A stretch of 64,000 bases of DNA from Podarcis tiliguerta (lineage: Eukaryota): NCBI GenBank assembly GCA_965153285.1, contig OZ229110.1; one strand, written 5' to 3'. Position 1 is the stretch's first letter. Each line of letters starts with the position of its first letter. The position numbers and the translations under genes were made by a program. This document shows, piece by piece, positions 23,920-38,661 of the stretch. The notes under the pieces were generated by a model that saw only the letters and a program-made list of their open reading frames with translations, searched no databases and was not told the DNA's origin.

Positions 23920-26900
23920 AAGCTTTGTATGTAGTAGCTTGCAACTGTCACTGCAAATCTTTGCCTCTTGTTTTGGATCAAGCGATTAAGAATCTATTGT
24001 GTCAGGCAAGAAGCCAAAGCCCCATTATTCTTCCAGGCTCTTTTCTGCCAAGCCAGATGCCACTGCCAGGTAGCCTGTGAAGTCTTTCTGGAAAAATGGC
24101 ACTGGCACCTGGCTGAAATCTGAAGGCTAACATTAGCCGCCAGTTCTGGTTCCAAGGCAACCTGAAGATGAAAGAAAGGTCCAGTTTGATGTTGAAGAGG
24201 GAGGGCAGAAGAGAGGCGACAGCTTAAATCCAGCCATTGGGGTATGCACTCTTACAACTGTCGAATAAATAGGACTGCAAATTGTGTCAACAGAGATCAA
24301 TGAATTACATGAGAATGTAAGAACTGGGCCAGTGCCCATCTAGTCCAGCATCATGTTCTCACAGTAGCTAGCCAGATGCAACATTACTTTCCCCATTCAC
24401 AATTCACAATAACTGGTATTCAGCTTGCTATGGGACAAAATGATGGCAGGATGCAATAAAATTGTTTCTAATTTGCCACTTTGGGTTGTGTGTTTGCTTT
24501 GGACTGCGTCAGCTGCTTCTTCCTGCACTGATGCAATTTCCCTGCAAAGTGCCTAACAAATCTTAAGATTTTCTGTATCCCCATTCAGAAGCATGACAGA
24601 AACGATAGACTTTTGATTCCATTCTTCAGAATTTCCTAGGAAACCCAGCAATGAGAAACAATGGCTATATCATTGAAAGCAATAAAAGAAGCAATCATTT
24701 GCTATTAATTGTGTGTTTTAATATGCTATGAAATTGGATTTGATATCTACTCTTTTTTAAAACTGCAGGAGCAATTTATTAAGCCCTACAATGAATCAGA
24801 TCAGGTGCCGGCTGGGGTACAAGACACAACTATCACCTGGATGCGAAGTGTCCCTATTGCCAACCATGGGACCAAGTTCCGACCAACTAAACAAACCTTC
24901 TTCCACTGTTTCCCTCACTTTTGTTATCCTATCAAGTGTCCATGATGGTTCTTTCAAAGACAGAAAGGGAGCATAGAAAATAAAACTGCATTTCACAAGA
25001 GTCTTTAATTCTGCAACCTATGATCGGAGCCATGTGGCTATCCATGCAGTGTCTCTTTTCAATTTATTTATTTTTAAAAAGCATATTACAGCTGCTTTAC
25101 AGGCTCTGGTTATTACTTGGCCGCCATTACTGTTCTGAATATATTATGAAATGACTTTAATACACCACCCGCAAAGGATCAGAAAGATGGGGGAGCGGAA
25201 TGTACAAATCAAGTCATGTTGACACTATCCGTAGCTATAGCATAAGTTTGACTTTGGAGGCTCAAGTCAATTACTTTTGAAAAGGTGCAGTTGCCAATTC
25301 CAAGAATAAGGAATTTGCATTTAGCAGTAAAACAGTCCACCAGAGAACTGGAAAAAAAAACCCCGCCTGCAATCCACAATCCATTTATTCCCAAAGTGGC
25401 CCCACTGTCTTTCTCTTTTCTTCTCTGATGGCTCTGCCATCATTGGTTTTAGGACTGCAGCCATGTGCATATTTACATTTAAATTGAGATATATATATCA
25501 CACAGACTTCTTCACTGTGTAGCACTTGGCAAAAAAAATAATCCCACTAATCTCTCCCCTTTTCCCCAGTCTTAACCCCCACCCCCCACCCTCAGGGCTG
25601 GTCTCCCTTCTGTGATTTTTGCTAAGTCATGTCAAAATGCCATGGTAACTCCATTGAACACGTAGCCATGCTGCATCTGAAAGAGCATGCCAACAGCAAA
25701 CACTGACTGACCATTTCCAGTGTTTTCAGACTTTGGATTCTCCTCTCTTCCCTGCCCCACCCCCTTGCCCCTGCTAAGAGTGCTTAAGAAATTCAACCAA
25801 AGATGAGAAAAACAGCTTATGGAACAAGGATAAGTGTAAAGAAATGGCATCCTGGAACTCTGAAAGGTGACTATCTATGCAAGCAGCCTTCTCTAAAGAG
25901 ATAAATGTTTTGTGTTTATTTGGACAGGATCTGGCACCACTTTTAAGGTGATTAAAAAAAAAATGAATGCAGGAAATCATTTCCCAAGCAAAGCATTGCC
26001 ATTTGCAATAAAAGGGGGGAGGGAAATTCCCCTATTCTTAAACTTTAGTTAGGAATCTACTTAATCTGTAAAGCAGAGCTCATAAATTGCTCAGAATGAC
26101 AGACAATGCAAAATGAAATCTTTAATCCCCTACTTATTTCCTTCCCAATGCTACTCAATAATAGGAAAGGGCTTTTCAATGCAAGTATAAGATCTCATAC
26201 TCAGTTAAATTAAACAATCAGCAGGGCAGCTTCCCCCCCCCCCATTCTATTTTTTCTGTATCTAAATGATTCCCATTATTAAACCACGAATAAAAAGTTT
26301 GAAAATAAAATGAAACTTCTTAGGACATGTTCCTAAACTGTTGAAACTTTTCTAATAACTGTACAGGTGTTGTATGCAAGAATGAATGAATGAATTTGCA
26401 AAACTTTTGGGGGGAGGGGGTTGTTGTCTTTCTAGGAGAGGACAACTTTCTAATACCCAACACCTGCCTTCTACAGAGGCTGGCAGGCAAGGATATAGCA
26501 ATGGAATCCTACACAAAGACAGGGAGCAATACTGTGGGTGAGTACTCTGAACCCACAAGAGATGTGGAACATTTCTGTTCCAGAGGCAGCAACACTACAG
26601 CAATCTCTGCCACATCTGTTTGGGGGATGCAAACACTAAATAAACTTTGGACCCAAATAATATCTGTGACCTCAGAACACCCCTCAGTGCCATTAATGAG
26701 GTCTCTCAATTCCAAGCTCCAGCAGAGTGAAACAGAATTAATGTTCTCAATGCTAGAAATGGGAAGATAAATTAGTTTAATACCCTTCATAACAATGAAT
26801 GTGCAATATTGAAGGAAGAAAAGGCAATTCAGTAAACTCTCTTTTTTACAATGCTTTATGCCCATTAAGAAAATCAGCAGTTTCAACTGGCGGTCATATT

Positions 26901-29412
26901 AAATGCATTACTACTGATGAAGCCTTGCAAATGCCATTTACAATAATGTTGTGAGTTTGGGAGTGCTAGACTCCCCTAAAATCCTGGATCCAGTAAAGGG
27001 TTAGAATTTAATCAAGACTCTTTGAACCCTTGGATCCAGCAAGGATTAATATATAAATCAGGAAATCACCTGGGAGAAGAGCCATTATGGAAAACAAAAG
27101 GAAGTGATGGCCCATTAAGAAACACCAAGGAGAGGGCACTCTATGTCAGATGGTTCTTGGGAGGGGCCCATCCCTGAGCTCTGAGATAGTTAGCAGAGAC
27201 AGTTAGCGATGATGTGGGCTGGAGGAAAATAGCTGCAGTCTGTAAAAGCAGCAAGCTGGCTAGTATCCTTTTGACTCCAAAGCTGCTGTGACTGTGGGAG
27301 AAGCAAGAATCGCTTGTGGTGTTCATGCTTTGAGCTCCTCCATCACAGACCAATGAGTAAATGAATAATAATAATAATAATAAACCCATGTAAATCACGC
27401 ACAGCTAAAAAAAGAATCCTGGAAACATTACTTAACAAACTACAGTTCCAAGTCTTATTTTGGGTTGTGTGGTATGTATAGCATGTACATGACCCAATAT
27501 TGCCAGCATGCTGTCCAGTCAAACTAACTTTAAGTTGAAATTAACCCGGTGTGTTTCTAGAGAAATTTACAGGTAGGTTACAACAGAACATGGCCATTAA
27601 ATTCCACTCAAGTCAATGGAAAAGACTCCCACTGAATTTAAATGGTTGCCAATTACACAACAGCATTACATTTAAGATTCTTTAACCATCTTACTGTTGA
27701 GCACAAACATCTTGAAGTGTGTTTTACATGAACCCAAGTCATATTTGGGGTACATATTTTAGCACCCATACTTTGTGCATTTCATTCTAGATTCAACAGA
27801 AGCGGATGATCAGTAATTAGCAGAGTTTATTTGCCTACCAAGTTTCTGGCAGACGCTGTTCGGGCACAAAAGAAAAATTATACTCTGCATGGCCTGTAGA
27901 CGGCTTTTTTGTGCTTTTTTGTTGATAGTATAAAAAAGAAAATCTTTAGCAGGCTAACCCTGGTTCAGCATATCTCATTCAGTCACCTCATCTTAGCGGG
28001 CTGGTAAATAGCATACTGTACCACAATTCTAGCACTCTGCTAGGGCAGCTGTTTGGGGTACAGCATTCATCACCAAGCATCCATGGCATTAGCCCAACAA
28101 TGTAGCCTCCAAGGCAATAAAAAGGCCATTTTCATTTTGCACAGTTCAGGGCTTAACCCCAGCTGAGAAATAAAGACAAGCAGCACAATTCAATTTAAAC
28201 ATCTGTGAAGCAAGCCTGTGCCTCTCTTTATATTATGCTATGTTTAACTGGGTTTCGAGTGCAGTCCCTCCATAAAGGAAAGGATGAATGGTGTTCAACT
28301 AAGTTCTTCCTCCTGCAAAGGGCTGCAACAGAGAGCAGTTTGTCTTGGGTTTATTGTCCCTTAATATCCATGAAACACGTTGTGTAATTCAGTATCTCTA
28401 TTCAGCGTGTTCTAAGTAATCTTTACGAGGGCGGGGGGGGGGGAGAGAGAATCCTTATCAATGAGGAGGAGGGAAGGAGCTCACACTTTTTAGTCTTTTT
28501 GCACATATCAATTCTCTTGGGTCTGCTCTTTCACGAATTCCTGCTGAGTAGGTTAGGTCACTTCCTCCTAAAACGGAATCCTCAATTGGAATTAAGCAAA
28601 CTTGAACACTCTAGTCATCTTCTGGAGGAGATTATGACCAATTGTCCAAGACTGGAGACTGGTCCGCAACAGCTACCACACAACTCATGTCTCTGAGGCA
28701 ACTCAGGAAGTGAGCGAAGATTTATCATTGTTCTCATAAAAAGCCTGAGGGGAGATGGCAAACACTAAGTGATAATAATTTACTGATTACCTAGAACTGG
28801 GAGTCGGTGAAGCATAATCAAAGCTTCTCAGAATGTTTTAGACAGTTTAGGAGAATGTCAGTGTGGGCGGCTTCAGCCAGATGCTGAAAAACTGAAGGAT
28901 AAAGCAGGAGTTGCTTTGAGTAACCCTCAGGGACATCTGACTCTTGCAAATTCCCTCAGCAAGTAGGAATTGCCTCCAGACAACGAGGCAAGAATCCTCA
29001 AGATGAATTGAGGGAGTGTGGGTTGCTTTCTTCCGCTTTCCCACAAGGTCTGCCATTATTCTGCCACAAATAAGTCCCATAAGGATGTGTTGGAAGCTCA
29101 ACTAATGGAAAGTTTTGTGGACTAGTTTAGTTCAGTTAGTTTATTTGTAGTTTTTCAAAGTTTATTTGCCAGGCTGCATTATAGGGGTTTCAGATCTGGT
29201 TAATGCATTGCATAGGGCAGATTTAGATTCCCCTTCACCCCATAGGGCTCCAAGGCATGAGGGGAGCCCAAATGGTACAGTATATGCTTTTTATTTATTT
29301 TTTTTTAAAAGCAGTTTTTGAGCTATTTTTAATGAAAATTGCCAAAATCTACACTACCGACATGGGCTGCCGTACCAAAAATGTACGAAAAATTCTGGAT
29401 GTATGGCAACCC

Positions 29413-29700
29413 TAAGTAGAATAAGAGATCAGGAAAAAAGAGTCTTTAAGGAAGATTGGAAAGGATTTGTAGAATATTTCAAAAATTACTGTAAACAAAT
29501 TAAGACGTTAGCAGGTTTGGAGTAAATTCAAAGTTAACTGAGATAAAATTGAAAAAGAAATGAACACGGATGGATTAGAAAATGCAGTGGAAAAGGGTAA
29601 CTAAAATGAACCATGGAAGATTGGGGGAGGGGGAGGGAATTTGATGCTAAATGTATGGCATGTATTTTGGTGAATGTAAAAATTTGTAAAATTAAAAATT
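29413..29700 (+). mobile_element. L1-like LINE 3' fragment
   Basis: A-rich; encodes RIRDQEKRVFKEDWKGFVEYFKNYCKQIKTLAGLE-stop, similar to non-mammalian L1 ORF2 C-termini, followed by a G-rich tract and A-rich end. Confidence 0.6.
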
Positions 29701-31107
29701 TGATAATTTTTTTTTAAGCATCAATGGAAATTCTGAGGCAAACAGAATTTCCCTTTGCATGGACAGCCCTACACATTTATGGCCATTTAACAAAGACACC
29801 CAATGCCCAGCCAATGAGGGTCTTCTGGTTCCTCCCGCTACAGAATCAAGAAAAGAAGTTCCCTTGGGTTCCTGGACTTCACTATATGTGAGGAGCAGAT
29901 GTCCAACTTGGCATGCCAGTCCTGCTTCTTCTATCCCAGCTACCAAGTACTGCTTGAACCAGCGGCACAAGCTAGTTCTGTAACTCCAGAGTATGTTCTT
30001 CCATCACTATTCCATGAGTAATGTGCCTCTATGAGTGCCCTGTTCCCTCTGGCACCATTGTCACATTCTTACAAAACATAAGCTATGACATTTCCATCCT
30101 TTTTTCCCCTTGACCTCACTATTACGGAGGCATGAGTATAAATGCCTGGTTAAGGTTGCAGTGAAGGATGTAACACGCAGATCTCAGCTCCGAACTGTGA
30201 AACAGAATATAAAATAAAAATGTAGGCCAATGTGCTCAAGGAAAGAAGAAAAAAAGCAGGGATTCCTTCACATACCCTGTTCCAATCGGAACTGTATTTA
30301 CAACTAAATAAAATTGGTATTTATGAGAGCTGTGCCAGACTTATGCTAATCATTAAAGCAAAGAAGCATGTAGAGCAAGGAAGTCAAGTCATGCAGATTT
30401 ATTGTCCTTGTGAAATCAAAGATACCTGCTAAGCCGAAGCCAAAATGAAGGGTCACTTTGTTCAGGGTTCTTTGAACTAAAGCTGAAATGCCGTAGATCT
30501 ACTGTGAAGCAAGAGCAGACCTGGACAGGTAGCAATGAGTGTTGTGGGCTCTCTGGCTGCCAGCGGCAGAGCTGCCATGATTTCACAGGACTAGGCAAGT
30601 CTGAGTTAGGCAGCTGAGCACTGAAGGGGAGTTAGGACGTTAGCATTTGAATTATAACCTCAATGAGCAACTGCTATGAAATTAACTCCTAAAGATACTG
30701 CCTATATGCTTTTGGTTTGCAAGCAACCTCTCTCCTGCATGCAAACAAATGAGCTAAGGAGTTGGAAGCCTTTTTAGTGACAGGTGATCGCTCCCTGTTG
30801 GACCAATGAATTTAGGGCATATGGGGACAGACAGCCCAACTACTTCATCTGGAAACGTTCTGTGCACTCCAAGAGCATCCACTGGGCTCTGCTGATTTTT
30901 TTATTTAAAAATATTTATTATAGAATACAGCTCTGCTGATTTTAATGTGGCAGGAAGACTGCAACAGTAAGGTTGGGGTGTGTGGGATGGCTCCAGGGGA
31001 CACATAATGTTGGATTCTACTTAGGATCATTCATGGTCAGAAAAGAAGATAGAGGGAGTGGGGAGAACCAAGGATAAATTCAATAGGCGTTTATCAAGGC
31101 CATAATC

Positions 31108-31244
31108 CACAAATGAAGAACCTGTGGCCCATCAAACACTGCTGGACTACAACTCCCATCAGCCCTAACCAGCAAGGCCAATGGCCAGGGATGATGGGAG
31201 TTGTAGTTCAACAATATCTGGAGACCACCATATTCCCCATCCCT
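31108..31244. mobile_element. Palindromic MITE remnant (related family)
   Basis: actacaactcccatc and gatgggagttgtagt inverted pair. Similar decayed copies at ~1230, 2350, 4240, 5060, 33455, 40940 and 45200. Confidence 0.65.
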
Positions 31245-31884
31245 GCCATAAACCCTTTTATCCTTTCAGATTTTTGCCAGGGTATCCAGTATAGCTGAAG
31301 ACCAAGGGATACAGTAAGGTAAAACAGCACACTTGCCTTTTGGTGTGAAATTACTCTTCTACTTTATTCATATGCACTGTAACAGTGATTTCACTTTAAA
31401 AACAAAAACACCCCATAAAAATAATCTCAACTATTATAAACTATTTCACACTTAAAATAGTTCTCCAGCTTGGAAAAGCTAAAGAGGCTGTTTCACTTAG
31501 CCACAGATATACTGCGCCAATGATTTTTATCCTCTAAACTTTTCACAATGAAGTAAGCATCCCCAACTACATTCTCATCATGGCAGGCTGAGAATTCACA
31601 AGTTAAAAGAACTGTTTTCTCACCATCCAGAAACTGTGAAACACCATTTAAAAATAAATATGCTGGCATTTCTCTCCCAAGTGTTGATAAAAGTTTCTCT
31701 CCTTCCCCACTTCAGGGCTTCATTCTGTGTGATATCATTAACACGGGAGCTCTACGTCAAGATACTTTTTTTACACAGGATAAAAGTCAGCCTTGGCGTA
31801 GCTGAAGGACATTGGCTGAGATCTTGAGAGCCAATTAAACTTAGTGCTCTTTAATGCTTTAGCGCTGCAGCAGCTTCTAGTGCC

Positions 31885-32310
31885 AAATAAATAAATAAAT
31901 TATTTATACCCCACCTACTCTGGGCAGCTTCCAGCAAAATATTAAAAATACAATAAAACATCATACATTAACAACTTCCCTAAACAGGGCTGCCTTCAGA
32001 TGTCTTCTAAAAGTCAGATAGTTGCCTATTTCCTTGACATCTGATAGGAGGGCATTCCACAGGAAAGACGCCACAACTGAGAAAGCCCTCTGCCTGGTTC
32101 CCTGTAACTTCGCTTCTCACAGTGAGGGAAATGCCAGAAGGCCCTCGGGGCTGGACCTCAGTGTCCGGGCTGAACGATGGGGGTGGAGATGCTTCTTCAG
32201 GTATATTGGGCCGAGGCCGTTTAGGGCTTTAAAGGTCAGCACCAACACTTTGAATTGTGCTCAGAAATGTACTGGGAACCAATGTAGGTCTTTGAAGACC
32301 GGCGTTATGT
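31885..32310 (-). mobile_element. L2-clade LINE 3' fragment
   Basis: Minus strand encodes RQRAFSVVASFLWNALL followed by TFRRHLKAALF, an L2-type C-terminus; A/T-rich simple-repeat tail. Confidence 0.8.
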
Positions 32311-33678
32311 GGAAGCATTCTCAGTGTGGCAAGTACTCGCTTTGAAGCAAAACCTGAATGAAAAAGAAATCAAAAGCATGCATAGAAATGAGGCATATGT
32401 GCTCCAGATGAATATGAGCAATCCCTGCTAGAAACAACACACAGAACATCAATAATGCTGGATGTATGAAGCCATGTTATATCAGAACATTCATCTACCT
32501 AGCCCAATGTTGTCTCCTCTGCCTTGCACCAGCTCTTCAAAGTGTATCTAAATAGATCTGTTAGGTGGGGATGATAGGGCATTTAGCACATGTACTCTAT
32601 GACTCAGCTATGAGCCTTTGCTTAGGGCAAGGTTACGAACGGTTGGTGGATAGTTGTGGTGGGAAGGCGCTACTTGATCACACTAGGATGTAAGAGTCCA
32701 AAGAGACTCTAAAAAAGAATGAAGGGGATTTAGTAAAAGGTTAACTAGGTGACCATATGATGTTTGGATAAGGAATAGCAGAAGACATCTCAAAATGAGA
32801 GGTTTAGGCAGGACAGGATGGGAAAGAAGAAGAGGGGTGGGGGGACAGTGGTAACTATTTTATATTTTCTTGTCTAAATTTGGTTTCCAGGAGAAGGATG
32901 CCGCACATGCACAAACACTGAAATTTACCGTAACCTACTCATTTCACATGGTAACTATATACAAAGATAACTTCCTGCTCAGGTTTGCATTTTTTAAAAA
33001 ATAAAAAAGTTATATAGGTATTCCTGCTCAAACAGATCTGTCTAGGTCAAATCCTTCCTAAGAGGCATGGCACTATCATTATATAAGAAAAATAATTTGG
33101 AGGTCGTTTTTTAAGGGTGAGGTTTGAATTATATTTTGTAGGGCAAAGGAGTCTGTAAACAGAGAAGCGTGAAATGCACAAATTAAATAATAAACTTATA
33201 AGTCATAGGCATATAATTGAGTTGCCTGTACTCAAAACCACAGCCCCTTTATAATAGGTCCAGGCATATTAACCCCTCAGTGTTAAACTGCTACACTTGT
33301 CCTAACAAACACAGTCTTAACCGGCTCGCTTTGTGATGCTATACTAGAAAAAAGCAGCCGGGATCTTGCACTGCTCCATACCTGTTAGTTCAGCTTAGCT
33401 TCTTGGCCCTTGGGCCGCAATTCTTCCAGTTGCCACACCATGTGGTTTAATGGCTGGAGCACCTTCCCCAAGCTGGTAGTCTCCAGATGTTGGATTACAT
33501 CTTCCACCAACTCCCAGCCAGCAAGACCAATGGTCAGAGCCTATGGGAATTGTACTCTAAGACACCTGGAGAGCACTAGATTGTGGGAGGCTGGGGCTAG
33601 AGTGCTTAGCTTGAATGTGAGAAATCAAAGTTCAACTCTCCACTCAGCCTATAGAGTTAATAAGTAGCCTTTGGCAAG

Positions 33679-34021
33679 AGGTAAAGGTACCATTAGGTCC
33701 AGTCGTGACCGACTCTGGGTTGCAACGCTCGTCTCACTTTACTGGCCGAGGGAGCTGGCATACGGCTTCCGGGTCATGTGGCCAGCATGACGAAGCCACT
33801 TCTGGTGAACCAGAGCAGCGCAGGGAAAGGCCGTTTACCTTCCCGCCAGAGCGGTACCTATTTATCTACTTGCACTTTGACGTGCTTTCAAACTGCTAGG
33901 TTGGCAGGAGCTGGGACCAAACAATGGGAGCTCACCCCGTCATGGGGATTTGAACCGCCAACCTTTTGATCGGCAAGTCCTAGGCTCTGTGGTTTAAACC
34001 CACAGCACCACACGCGTCCCC
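33679..34021 (-). mobile_element. Sauria SINE
   Basis: Aligns with the other copies; TSD ggcaagaggta at 33673-33683 and 34036-34046, with a ~14 bp extra 5' segment resembling the SINE's own 5' end. Confidence 0.93.
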
Positions 34022-35137
34022 TAACCACCTGCGTCGGCAAGAGGTATCTGCCAGCAAAATCCATCTCAAAGAGTTGCTGTGTAAGCTGTTCTTTAATTCC
34101 TTAATGAGGTGGCAGGATGCAAGCGTGCACCCAGATGAATGCGTACAGAATGTTGTTCTGAAAAATGTGAAGCAGTTTATGTGAAGAGCAGTTCTTCAGA
34201 TGCTGCAGAGTCAAGCCAAAGTGTTGCTGTTATTTAGGAGACAGAGCTAACCTGGGCCAGTTTTTTAACACATGAAAGAGGGATTTGTCAGCTGCACCTG
34301 CATATCCAAGGAAGCACAATATCTTAAGCAACAAATACACCCTAGCACCAGAAAGCCATCTGGAAAAAATTCCGCCTTTCTTTTCGCTTGTTTCTCCAAA
34401 GTAAGATTATTGTACACCTCACATGCCCTCAGACAAACCATCTGCCAAAAGATCAACCAAAGGAACAAGGGAGAAGATAAAAGGAAACTGTGAATTACTT
34501 GCAAATGTTAAAAGAGTGTGAAAGAGAGAGAAAATATCCCTTGCAACACAAGAGCCCAGCACTGGTGAGGTCTACTAAAAACAAAACAACAGCAACAAAC
34601 AAAACACACAAAAGCCATTTTCTTAGGTCACTCTGTCTGAAATGGCAGATGGCTATGTGAAAGCGATAGCATAAAGCAACAAGGTCAGATGCTCTGAGCT
34701 GAGCTAAGCGGTTAGCAAAATAAATGTACTCAAGTTCAAGGACTTAATCAGCATGTTGCCTCTAAAGGAAGGACCTTACTCCTTACATGTCCCCCCTCCC
34801 CAACATCTCGTTTCCAAAACAGTAAACAGCTGATCTTTTCCAGCCCATCAAACCTTTAAAACAAAAGTCTCTGGAGACACACCAGCCTTCATGTGGAACA
34901 GCCACCCACCCACACAACAGATAGCAAAAGCAGGCAACAACCCGTTTAGAAAGAGTGAGGGTAAAGGGTAACAAAGGAATGTTTCGCAATTGCTTTTGAG
35001 ATGGGTTTTTAATACGCATTGGCCAGGAATATTCTTTAATGCAGGTGCTGGATCTTTCTTTCTTTTTTCACCTTCATCCCCATTTGAACAACACAGAATT
35101 ATACTTACCGGTAGCGCATTCCCATTTTAAAATCTGC

Positions 35138-35161
35138 TGTGTGTGTGTGTGTGTGTGTGTG
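35138..35161 (+). repeat. (TG)12 microsatellite
   Basis: Read directly. Confidence 0.95.
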
Positions 35162-36646
35162 AACAAGCCCCTAGATGAACAGCAAAGTAGCACAGAGGGA
35201 TCTGAATTTGATTATTTCTCAACCACCACTAAAAGTACAGCCATTCCATTCCAAGAATGGAATGGCATAAATTTCAAGGAGAAAAGAGAAATGGACGCAT
35301 GGAACGCAAGGGGGTTGGCCGCCTAACGGCTCATGATTCCCTTTCTTCTCTAGCTCCTCCGCCTCTTCTTTCTGATAACGCTGAAACACCAATCTTCCAT
35401 TGTAAGTGAGGTTTCTAATAAACATTTGTAAAGGCAGGCCTCCTTCATAAAGGGGGGGAAAATGGGCACATGGTGTATAACTGCAGGTTCTCTTTCAATC
35501 CCATTTGCAAAACATGAATATTTCAAACTGCCTCCGCTAAAGGTCACCTTTATATTAGCATTCAAAATTAGATGTATGGATCTTGTCAGTCCTTAATTAC
35601 CTCCCCCCATGTTATGATTGTGGATTTGTTACCGCGCTCCACGCTGCAGCAGAACTTGCAGGATGATTAACTTCCGTATCATTAATCTATGAAAATCTAC
35701 ATTGCTTGTCTTAACATGAAGGAAAGAGAGAGGAAGCCATCCGGGATGTGCTGTTCGGCACACTCACCCAAATATGCAGCGCTAGCAAAAGCTTGGCGTT
35801 TGGGTGCAGGGAGAACATGAGGGGACCCCATTGGCAGTGCCCTTGTCAAGAACCACATTGGAAACAGGGAAAAGCATTCTCCATCCTGCTTGTATCGGAC
35901 CATGTGAACTGCTGCACATAGTCCCTGACTTAAAACACACACAAAACAAAAGCAGTTTGAACTTCATTTATGGCCAGAGTCCACACTTGAGTACTAACAA
36001 GGCCCACCCAGATGCTGGCTTGTATGTGACTTTTCTTTCTGGATTCTATGCAGCTAACACACCCAGCACTTAGCTAATGCAACAATTGTGAACTAAGGAG
36101 ACAGGAAACCTGAATTATAATCATCTGGTATTTGTTAAAAGTTTTTCATACATATATATACAAGCGTGAATTGGCCTATAGTGCTTGAAGATGTCACATC
36201 ATTCCAGCCACTCCTCACTGCATATCAAAAACAAGCTTGCTCAGCATACATTGCACAGTTCAGAAGCATGAGTGTTGTCCAAAAAAAACCACCCCTTCAT
36301 GGTTCTTTGTTGGTTCCTCTTTCTTGGGGTACCATGTTCTCCACTTCTGGTTTAGCACCACAACACCGGCAATGGGAGCGGCCAGCTGGTTGCCTGCACA
36401 AGCCCTTAGGCAGAACTGCACATGCACTGCAATACTGAACAGCAGCAGAAAACGCTCATAATGTATTCAAAGGTGCGGAAATCCACATACTCCCCCCCCC
36501 CCAAAAAAATCATCTTTCATAGTGGTTGTTTTCAAAGTAAGTTTTGGGTCCAAGTGGTTGTGAAAAATATGCCTGAAAGTGTTCAGAAGGCCAGAGGAGT
36601 CGCTTGATAAATAGGACATACAGTGGTTGATTGGGGGGTGGGGATG

Positions 36647-36650
<4 letters not shown>

Positions 36651-36690
<40 letters not shown>
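36651..36690 (+). repeat. (GA)20 microsatellite
   Basis: Read directly. Confidence 0.98.
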
Positions 36691-36692
<2 letters not shown>

Positions 36693-38504
36693 CAGAAGCA
36701 CAGTTCCTTGCAAAAAATAGAAGATGGGAGATTTATACAAAACATGTAAGGAGAAATGCTTCCTGCAAATTTATTGCATTTGCTAAATTTGCAGAATTCA
36801 TCTCACTCACCTTCCTTTTCTTTTTCTTTATTTGTTCTGAAATAATTTTCGATGAAGAACAGGAAACACCCCAGAAGAGATATAAAAGTCATCTACTCCA
36901 GCTCCTCAAATCCACTCATTTATAAGAACCTCTAGTAGGATTCAGAAAATTGCAAACAATCTCAGGCATTTTCAAATGTGACCTAACCGACTCCAGGTTG
37001 GCTATAAGAGCGAAATTTTCTATGGATTTTTCACTTCCCACACCTTTGGGCTCAATCCTTGGGACTCCAAGATCCAGCTTTGCTTTCTACACACAGAAGT
37101 CAATACCTTCTTGCCCCAAGGCAAGCTCTCAGGCCTGATGGGGATATGCCATCCTGAGTCTTGTTCCAGCTTTCATACTGTCAGACATCTTTGTTTTCCT
37201 CCCCTCCCCTCCTAGTCTCTGGAGAAGAAGGCCCATTACATTCACGCTCCTGTCTCTACATCCCCCACAGAGGCATTTCCTATTCCAAATGAGGTGGAAC
37301 ATTGCCAGTCAGAAGCCATTTGCCCTGCTAAACTGAGTGCCATGGAAACAGCTGCTTTCCCTCCCACCACAAGGTGAGAATAAGGTGGTCCTTTTTTCCC
37401 TCTTCAGGGCCCAGGAGGCAATTAGCCTAAATTCAGGCCTCCCTACCTTCCTCTCTCAACACCTGTTCTTTATAAATTCTGTCCTGGGTACTTATAATTT
37501 CAGATAGCAGTGACCATCCTACAGAAATAATGAGGAAGATAAATAAATTGCCATGTGATATACAAAACAGAAAAATTAAAGTGCCGTTGCAAGAAGAAGA
37601 AGAAGAAGGAGTCTATGTCACAGCAATTCCCAAATGGCCTGAAACATCAACAACATCCCACAGCTAATAACTCGTTTTGCTGCTAACATCTGTGCTGTGC
37701 AGCTTTCTTAAACAGAAAAACAACACAAATGCCCGGAGACCCAAAGATTACTTCAAAACAGTCGCTTACGGATTACTAATCAAGTTGAGCAGAATAAATG
37801 CCCACTTATTTTCAGTGGGTGATGCTCACTTGTTCATCAAGTAGGGCAGGAGTAGAAGCATGAGGGAAAAAGTGTCATCTACAGATCTGGAGGGAACATT
37901 TCTACTGCACATTATGGTCTGCTTAGCTTTCCAGCAGGCAGTATCCTTAAACTGCAGACACCCAATTCTTAGCCAATACAATCCGCATTGGTGCAGTGCA
38001 GAGTCAGATTGCCCTATCATGACTCAAAACAACGTTCAAGGGGGGAGAGAGAGATTCTGGTTCTCTTACTCTTCTCCCTTATGCCTGCTCCTTTTAAGAC
38101 ATGCAATAGCCTTCTCTAAGCTGTGTCATCTGTCATAGGGCTAATTCACAACCTGCTAGTCCCCACCCCCATATGTATGTGAGCACACGGCTTTTGGGGA
38201 GGGGCTATTTTCACAGCCCAAATAGATAAAGATGACACCTGCTCCTTACTTTCTCCTTCTTTGATGTGATAGACTGCAGTTGCTGGAAACTGCTTACAAT
38301 GTGGCATAGGCTGTGGATTTTCCATTTTAAAGATATTGTTAAACACCTCACTTTATTTCTGTATATCCACACTCCAAACTAACCTGCATTGTGGTCCTTA
38401 CCTCTATAAAACCCTTAGGCTAGAATTCAATGTCCCACTAAGATTAATGTTCTCTCAGCTTGCCAGACAGAATGATCCCTCCTCTTCCTTGCATGCCCCC
38501 AAGC

Positions 38505-38661
38505 CAGTGTTAGAAATTAGTCAGGCGCCAGGTGCGTTTTGTTACTGGTGTGGGTCCAATTGCAACTACATGGGGATTTCTGGGCACCAATTGTGGTGAC
38601 TGTAACCTAGATTTAAGGTGCCATTTGGTAACTAGCTTATATATCTGAGTTTCTAACACTG
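38505..38661. mobile_element. hAT-type MITE
   Basis: Perfect 12-bp TIR cagtgttagaaa / tttctaacactg; TSD ccccaagc / cccccagc. Confidence 0.8.

Noticed and set aside
26390-26886. Overlapping ~125-aa ORFs on both strands
   Set aside because: No recognisable domain or exon signals; lengths are within chance expectation for 64 kb.
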